This document shows, one piece after another, positions 8,842 to 14,326 of a DNA stretch of 24,000 nucleotides (the stretch's first letter is position 1; the number at the start of each line of letters is the position of its first letter). The notes beneath the pieces are model-generated. The model saw only the letters and a program-made list of their open reading frames with translations. It did not search any database and was not told the origin of the DNA. The position numbers and the translations under genes were made by a program. Source of the stretch: Cyanobacteria bacterium REEB459 (GTDB lineage: Bacteria; Cyanobacteriota; Cyanobacteriia; Phormidesmidales; Phormidesmidaceae); contig JAGWXD010000043.1 in assembly GCA_018970085.1 (NCBI GenBank), positions 401 to 24,400 of the forward strand. The letters run 5' to 3'.

Positions 8842-9930
8842 ATGGCCAGGAACCAAAAAAACGACGTTGCCATCGAGAATATAGATGGGTGGATTCGCCT
8901 TCGCTGGCAGTACCAGGGAAAGCGTTGCAGCTTGCGCCTGGGCTTGCCCTATGACCCGATAAATTTGGCTGTTGCCCAGCAACGGGTCAGCCAGATCAGG
9001 CTAGATATTCTCTCAGGTCACTATGATCCATCCCTGGTAAAGTACCGAGGCGGTGAACCCAAGCCACAGGTCATAGGAGCAGTGGAGCTCTTCACCCGGT
9101 TTATCGATTGGAAAGCCAAGCGGGTACAACCCAGGACGCTGGAGAAGTACTACGCCTTAACAGTTTGGCTGAAGGATCAGTTTGGCGATCGCAGCGTTGA
9201 TCCAGAGAATGCCGAAAAGTTCCTAGCCCACTTGCTAGATAACATGGAACCCATCACCGCCAGGGAGCGCCTGGCATTGCTTAACGCCGCCTGGGAATGG
9301 GGAGGGAAGCAGAACCTGGTGTCAGGTAACCCCTGGAGTGATTTAAGGGTCAGGAAGCCCCCTAAGCAAGCCCCCAAGCCATTTACCAAGGCACAGGTAG
9401 CTGCTATCATTGCCGGATTTAGTGAGTCTCGTTACTACCGCCACTATGCCGATTATGTACGGTTCAAGTTGGGGACGGGTTGCAGGACTGGAGAGGTCGC
9501 CGGGCTGCGGTGGAAGCACATTACTGCCGATTGCTCCTTAGTTTGGTTTGGCGAAAGCTTCACTCACGGGCAATTCAAGGACACTAAGACAGGCAAAGCC
9601 AGGGAAGTAAAATTATCCTCCTCTTTGGCCACCATGCTTAAAAATCGGATGCCGGACGATGTTGACCCCGATGCCTTGGTGTTCAGTGCTCCCAAGGGAG
9701 GGGCAATGGATGAACATAATTTTTGCAGAGCCTGGAGAATCGTCCTAAAAGCCCAGGGCATTGCCTACCGAAACCCATACAATACCCGCCATACCTTTAT
9801 CAGCCATGCTTTAGAGGCAGGCATGAGCCCAGTAGAAGTAGCTACCATCACAGGCCATAACGTCAAAACACTATTTGAGAATTACGCCGGCCTGATCAAG
9901 AGCCACCCCACCACACCAGAGCTGTTTTAA
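8842..9930 (+). CDS. Tyrosine-type site-specific integrase
   Basis: The C-terminal catalytic region has GCRTGEVAGLRW (Arg), NTRHTFISHALEAGMSPVEVATITGH (H-x-x-R ... H) and FENYAG (Tyr). The N-terminal arm-type domain reads IDGWIRLRWQYQGKR. Confidence 0.9.
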   Translation: MARNQKNDVAIENIDGWIRLRWQYQGKRCSLRLGLPYDPINLAVAQQRVSQIRLDILSGHYDPSLVKYRGGEPKPQVIGAVELFTRFIDWKAKRVQPRTLEKYYALTVWLKDQFGDRSVDPENAEKFLAHLLDNMEPITARERLALLNAAWEWGGKQNLVSGNPWSDLRVRKPPKQAPKPFTKAQVAAIIAGFSESRYYRHYADYVRFKLGTGCRTGEVAGLRWKHITADCSLVWFGESFTHGQFKDTKTGKAREVKLSSSLATMLKNRMPDDVDPDALVFSAPKGGAMDEHNFCRAWRIVLKAQGIAYRNPYNTRHTFISHALEAGMSPVEVATITGHNVKTLFENYAGLIKSHPTTPELF

Positions 9931-10193
9931 CGCCTACCAAAAGGTTTTTTCCGGCCACTGGGGAGCGATCGCCGGAAGTTTTCTATCGCCGCCTGGTGGG
10001 TCTGGGGGGCATCCTGGTTGGCTAGCCAGTCAAGGATCAGCTCACGGTTATAGAGGATAGGAGCTGTTGGCCCTTGCCCTCGCCGATAGTAATGAACTCC
10101 ATGAATCCATTGCTCCCGCAAGGCTTTAAGGCTGTCTGCCTTACACCGTAGCAGTTCACAGCATTCTTCAGTGGTCAACAGAGTGATCTGCAT
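9927..10193 (-). CDS. Small HTH DNA-binding protein, excisionase-like
   Basis: 88 aa. LLTTEECCELLRCKADSLKALREQWIHGVHY fits the Xis/MerR-type HTH pattern. It converges on and abuts the integrase gene. Confidence 0.55.
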   Translation of the reverse strand: MQITLLTTEECCELLRCKADSLKALREQWIHGVHYYRRGQGPTAPILYNRELILDWLANQDAPQTHQAAIENFRRSLPSGRKKPFGRR

Positions 10194-10357
10194 TAAGTCG
10201 CTCTCCAGTCGCTATCGCCCTTGGCCATCAGTCCTTGCTTGCACATCGAGGCATGATATTTATGCTGCACCTCCAATCCCCCAGCGGGTTGAGTAAACGG
10301 TTAACCCTAGCCACGCCCATAGTTGCCATCCTGAAGCCTCCTGGTCAGTTAGGGCCG

Positions 10358-10651
10358 CTAACCCTTCCCCTTCAGTAGGGCCAGAATTTCCTCTACCCCG
10401 CCGCGATCGCTAATCATCTGAGTCACCTGCCCTACCTTCGCCACCGGCACATACCGCTTACACTGCTGACCCTGGTCTAACCAGCCGTAGTAGTAGGAGA
10501 CACTGGGGGTTTTACGATGCTTATTGCCCAAACGCTTTTCCAACCAGCCCGAGGCGGAACCTTTATCGCTGTATCGTCGTTTAGGCTGACCGGAGTGGGA
10601 ACCTGCCATCACGGGGGAATCATCGAAACAAGAGAGTTGCCAATGGGCCAC
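10358..10651 (-). CDS. Hypothetical protein
   Basis: 97-aa ORF of basic character (GWLEKRLGNKHRKTPSVSYYYGW). No family recognised. Confidence 0.45.
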   Translation of the reverse strand: MAHWQLSCFDDSPVMAGSHSGQPKRRYSDKGSASGWLEKRLGNKHRKTPSVSYYYGWLDQGQQCKRYVPVAKVGQVTQMISDRGGVEEILALLKGKG

Positions 10652-10671
10652 GGAAAAATGCCTACCAGCGG

Positions 10672-10887
10672 TTAAGGGGAATGCTCAGGGCGATCGCACC
10701 TTGACCGCTTCACCTCCTGGGCGATCAACTGATTAATTTCCTCTTCGATCAGCTCACCAAAATCACTTTCAGACACCGTTGGATGCTTAGCCAGGACATT
10801 GTTGTGAGCCCGCAGAAACAGCAGAGCGGTTTTTAGCAACAAGGCCGTCAGGGTGGGTGAGAACATTGACCAGGGAGTAGAGATCAT
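10672..10887 (-). CDS. Hypothetical small protein
   Basis: 71-aa ORF in the same orientation as its neighbours. No motif recognised and the start is uncertain. Confidence 0.3.
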   Translation of the reverse strand: MISTPWSMFSPTLTALLLKTALLFLRAHNNVLAKHPTVSESDFGELIEEEINQLIAQEVKRSRCDRPEHSP

Positions 10888-10952
10888 ATTGAGTGGAGAG
10901 CTAATCAGAATACAAGGATTACCCTTTCACTCGAATATACACTATCCTCCAC

Positions 10953-11948
10953 TCATTCCAGAATTTCGTCATGATTTCCTGTATTTTTGCCGTTATCCCC
11001 AGAACAGTTTTCTTGAGGCCCCTCGGGGCCAAGCACTAAGCCCCAGTCTGGATTTTGGGCAATTGCCTGGCGAATACCTGGACGACAGGCAGGACTTTGC
11101 CAGAGCTGCTGGTATCGCCTGAGGCGTTCGGTTGGGGTCTCCTGCACCGGTGGGGGTAACGGTGGGGGGCTAGGGTGGGTCTGATGGGTGGTAACAGTTT
11201 CACCCCAGTGTTGATATTCCTGGTAAAGCACATCGCCATATTTTTGGATCCAAGCCGTCGCTACACTCCGGGGAGAAGCGGGTTTCTCGGGCAGACGTGG
11301 AATTTTATAGCTCACCACCCACTCAAAGAAGTCAACATCCAGGAGTAAGGGATCGGGTTCTGGAGAGCTGTTCTGGGGATTGAAAAAGTCATCGCCCCCT
11401 TTTCTCTCTCTTGGATCGGATCTGAAATAGATCTGAGAAAGATCTGTAGGTCTCTGGACCCCTTGCCTGGCAATGGTTTCAGGAGCTAATTGTGACATCC
11501 CTGACACACCCTGGGACATTTCTGACACACCCTGTGACACCTCTGACACACCCGGATCCTGGGACATTTTTGTCACAGTTGTGTCAATTTGACTCACCTG
11601 CCCTAGGCCATCCCCCTGGTCTTCCGGTCCATGGTTGGGAACACGCAGGTCAATGGCGTCATCAATGTTTTCCTCCAGCCTCCCGGCCAGGAGGAGCTGG
11701 GCCTTGGCCCGGTAGAAAGCCCGTCGATTCATCTCCCACTGGCGACAAAACTGAGAGATGTTATCAATGCGGAGCCACCAACCCTGACGCCGTAGGGCCA
11801 GGAGCAAATGGTACAGATAACCCGTAGGGGTATAAAACCCCTGCTGCCAGTTTGCTAACACCTGAGCTGGCGTCAACCGCAGATGGCAGGCATGATCAGA
11901 TTGACGCACCACCCCAGGGGGTTTGCGCCCTCGATGACGATATTTCAT
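10953..11948 (-). CDS. Hypothetical protein with N-terminal winged-helix-like region and internal heptapeptide repeats (possible replication/DNA-binding protein)
   Basis: 331 aa. The N-terminus YLYHLLLALRRQGWWLRIDNISQFCRQWEMNRRAFYRAKAQLLLAGRL looks wHTH-like. The central GVSEVSQ/GVSEMSQ/GVSGMSQ repeat is encoded by 21-bp tandem repeats. The C-terminus is P-rich. Confidence 0.6.
   Translation of the reverse strand: MKYRHRGRKPPGVVRQSDHACHLRLTPAQVLANWQQGFYTPTGYLYHLLLALRRQGWWLRIDNISQFCRQWEMNRRAFYRAKAQLLLAGRLEENIDDAIDLRVPNHGPEDQGDGLGQVSQIDTTVTKMSQDPGVSEVSQGVSEMSQGVSGMSQLAPETIARQGVQRPTDLSQIYFRSDPRERKGGDDFFNPQNSSPEPDPLLLDVDFFEWVVSYKIPRLPEKPASPRSVATAWIQKYGDVLYQEYQHWGETVTTHQTHPSPPPLPPPVQETPTERLRRYQQLWQSPACRPGIRQAIAQNPDWGLVLGPEGPQENCSGDNGKNTGNHDEILE
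11491..11553. repeat. 21-bp tandem repeat x3 (consensus TGKGACAYYTCTGACACACCC) plus degenerate TGTCA/GACA copies to about 11590
   Basis: Units lie at 11491-11511, 11512-11532 and 11533-11553. They are followed by tgggacatttttgtcacagttgtgtcaatttgactca. Confidence 0.9.
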
Positions 11949-12072
11949 GGCGGGAAGTAGACCCTGAACGGGGCAAGGGACGAATGGTAGGCAGCATCGG
12001 TTCGACGCCCCTCAACAAGAGAGCCGCGAATCAGCAGCCAGAAAACCTAGGTATATTTATGCCGGTGCCAGT

Positions 12073-12237
12073 CAAGCTGGCGGGCGATCGCTACCCTTGC
12101 TATCCTCTATTTTTTTCAGTGCCTCGGCGGCCTCCGTAAGGTAGTCAGCAGCCACCTCATGATTGCCTTTATCTAACTCACTACAAGCCTTTTTGACGTT
12201 TTCTACGGCATCACGCCAGGTTTTCTTAGATTTCATC
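12073..12237 (-). CDS. Small helical protein (54 aa), unannotated in the ORF track
   Basis: My translation is MKSKKTWRDAVENVKKACSELDKGNHEVAADYLTEAAEALKKIEDSKGSDRPPA*. ATG at 12237, stop at 12073-12075. It is divergent from the XRE gene. It falls below the track size cutoff. Confidence 0.35.
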
Positions 12238-12697
12238 TTTTGAAAAAAGAGTAATGCTGGCAGGCTAAACCCCTGACGGCCTCAGCCACCAGCTTGACCA
12301 AATTGCCCCTAAGCCAGACTATTGGGTCGATGTGGCCCCAGGGTCACCCCTTTTGCCAACCACAACAACTCAGCAGCTCTCTATCGACAGATTGATAGTA
12401 CCTATGACCTGAAGTTCATAAGTACTCCTAGATTCTTCCCGAATCCGTAGATTCTGCAGTGATCCTGATCATCGACCGGTCAAGTCCTCCCTAACGCTAG
12501 ACACCATAAATCAACCCAAAGCATCACCCATGGAAAACCGATCTTTTTGAGCGGCTAAACGCTCAGATATGTTAGAATTGACTTTCAATCAAATATACAC
12601 CATTCGCCAATCAAATAGATCATGGGTTCTAGTTTGTCAGCAAGCGCCGACAATGATCTGAGTTAGGGGTTGCCTTAGTTTCTTGCTTGTACTTGAG

Positions 12698-12709
12698 GTA
12701 TCTAGATAC
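12698..12709. promoter_or_regulatory. Perfect 12-bp palindrome GTATCTAGATAC, candidate operator
   Basis: The sequence is self-complementary. It sits 6 bp upstream of the AAGGAG Shine-Dalgarno (12716-12721) of the XRE regulator. Confidence 0.4.
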
Positions 12710-12731
12710 ACCATTAAGGAGATACATACCC

Positions 12732-13061
12732 GTGGACCAAAAATTTCGAGATCGCTTTGCCCAGGTGATACTGGAGTTAAGGGGGAGTGAGCCACAGCGG
12801 AGTTTCTCCCAACGGTTAGGCATTTCCCAGGCCTCGGTATCTGCCTGGGAGAGGGGCAGTTTGCCTACCATCGAGAGCTTTGTCAAGATTGCCACCCTGC
12901 GGGGTCAATATCCCGAGGAATTTATGGCAGAGCTCTACAACCGCAACCCGGCTGAAGTGGCCATTGTGGACCGGGCGGAGATCATGACCAAAGCTCAGTT
13001 AATCGAGTCCTTAGAGGTATTGGTCACCAAACTAAAGGAGAAAGAATTCGAGGCTAACTGA
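12732..13061 (+). CDS. XRE/cI-family helix-turn-helix transcriptional regulator
   Basis: RSFSQRLGISQASVSAWERGSLPTIESFVKIATL is a classic HTH_XRE sequence. I prefer GTG 12732, which lies 10 nt after AAGGAG, over the track TTG start at 12687. Confidence 0.75.
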   Translation: MDQKFRDRFAQVILELRGSEPQRSFSQRLGISQASVSAWERGSLPTIESFVKIATLRGQYPEEFMAELYNRNPAEVAIVDRAEIMTKAQLIESLEVLVTKLKEKEFEAN

Positions 13062-13075
13062 CATCTGATTAAATA

Positions 13076-13101
13076 ACCCCTGGTACCGATGGGCACCAGG
13101 G
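13076..13101 (+). terminator. Stem-loop after the XRE gene
   Basis: cccctggt / accgatgggc / accagggg forms an 8-bp GC-rich stem. It is followed by cggtttagtt. Confidence 0.4.
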
Positions 13102-13290
13102 GCGGTTTAGTTATAGGGAGATTAGAAATAGAGGCTTCAGAGGAGCTAATAAAATCATCTTCCCCCGGTTACCCCTATCGCGATAGGGATTGGCCCCCAG
13201 GTTCACTGGATGTTAACGAAAGTTGCTCCTATGCAAACATCCGATATTTTGTGACCAGAGTTACGGATTATTTCAAATTCCTTCAATACC

Positions 13291-14025
13291 CTAGGGCCCT
13301 TCCCCGACATAGCAGATCCGATTGGTGCCCCCAGAGCGGCTATAGGAGGAGCGATCGCCACAGGCTCGACCGGCATTATCTAGATCGTAGGGACAATCAC
13401 AGCGGCCCCGTTGGGGATCTCGAATCGGTACTGGAGTGGTCGGAGTCGGTTCCGGTAGGGGAGGGCTACTGGTTAACCCCTGACGGTAATCCCAGGGCAT
13501 TAGGGGGTTAGCCTGGCTCCAGAAATTTAACTTTGCCCGCCGGGCCTGGGCCTCCTCCGCCAGCAAAGTTTCTCGACTCTCTGGACAAGCGCTGAGGTAT
13601 TGCCGGTAGACCACCGCCTGGCCCTCCTGCACCAGCTTGAGGTTCACCGAAGTGCCATCCAGCAGGTATACCTCCGCCACAACTCGCCCGTAACGATCGC
13701 GGTCAACCTCTCGAAACCTGATCTCTGTTTTTTTAGGTAATAGTTCCCGCAGACGAGCAGCGGCAGCAGGACCGTAGGGAACCTGGGTTGATTCCGGAGC
13801 ATCAATACAGGCCATCCGTATCGTTAGCAGTTGACCTTGATAGGCCATCCGAAAGGTATCTCCATCACCGACAGAAATGACCGTACCAGTAGGTAGATTG
13901 GGACTCGGACTGGCAGTTTGTAGCGCTGGCGTAGGGGCTGGTTTCGTGAGATCGGCGGTGGCATTGGTGCCTACCAGAAGTAGTAGAGCCAGGGTCCCGG
14001 GAATCAAGTACTTGTATCTATTCAT
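13291..14025 (-). CDS. Secreted thermonuclease (staphylococcal nuclease/SNase family) with Cys-rich C-terminal tail
   Basis: The SNase core reads VGDGDTFRM..IRMACIDAPES..RYGRVVAEVYL..NLKLVQEGQAVVY..ARRAKLNFWS. I prefer ATG 14025 (MNRYKYLIPGTLALLLLVGTNATA, a signal peptide) over 14100. The tail reads RCDCPYDLDNAGRACGDRSSYSR. Confidence 0.85.
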   Translation of the reverse strand: MNRYKYLIPGTLALLLLVGTNATADLTKPAPTPALQTASPSPNLPTGTVISVGDGDTFRMAYQGQLLTIRMACIDAPESTQVPYGPAAAARLRELLPKKTEIRFREVDRDRYGRVVAEVYLLDGTSVNLKLVQEGQAVVYRQYLSACPESRETLLAEEAQARRAKLNFWSQANPLMPWDYRQGLTSSPPLPEPTPTTPVPIRDPQRGRCDCPYDLDNAGRACGDRSSYSRSGGTNRICYVGEGP

Positions 14026-14326
14026 GTCTAACTTGGTAGGGATGGATCCCTGAATGTGGTTGAATTCTTGCTTTCTAGTTTTAGCGCACCTTGCCTCCAA
14101 TATTGCCTACTGTCTCAAGGGCTCGGGCGTAGCCGGAGCCTCTAAAATATCTGCCCGGGCATCGCCGGGGCAGATCTCTAACCGAATCCTGAAAATCAGT
14201 TATCCCCAGAACAGCAGAGCCGTTAAGATTTAGAGGTGATAGATAAAAAAACAGATTCTAATCTCTGGATTAGCGCCGTTTCCTGTTTAATTTAGTGATG
14301 TTGGTTTAGCTGAAACCCTAAGACAG

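Noticed and set aside
11492-11827. 111-aa plus-strand ORF through the 21-bp repeats
   Set aside because: It is antisense to the longer 331-aa gene, which has a plausible wHTH N-terminus. Its repeat-derived LTHPGTF peptides are a mirror artefact.
13089-13511. 140-aa plus-strand ORF
   Set aside because: It starts inside a terminator hairpin and overlaps the well-supported thermonuclease gene in antisense. It has no motif and an R/D/Y-rich composition.
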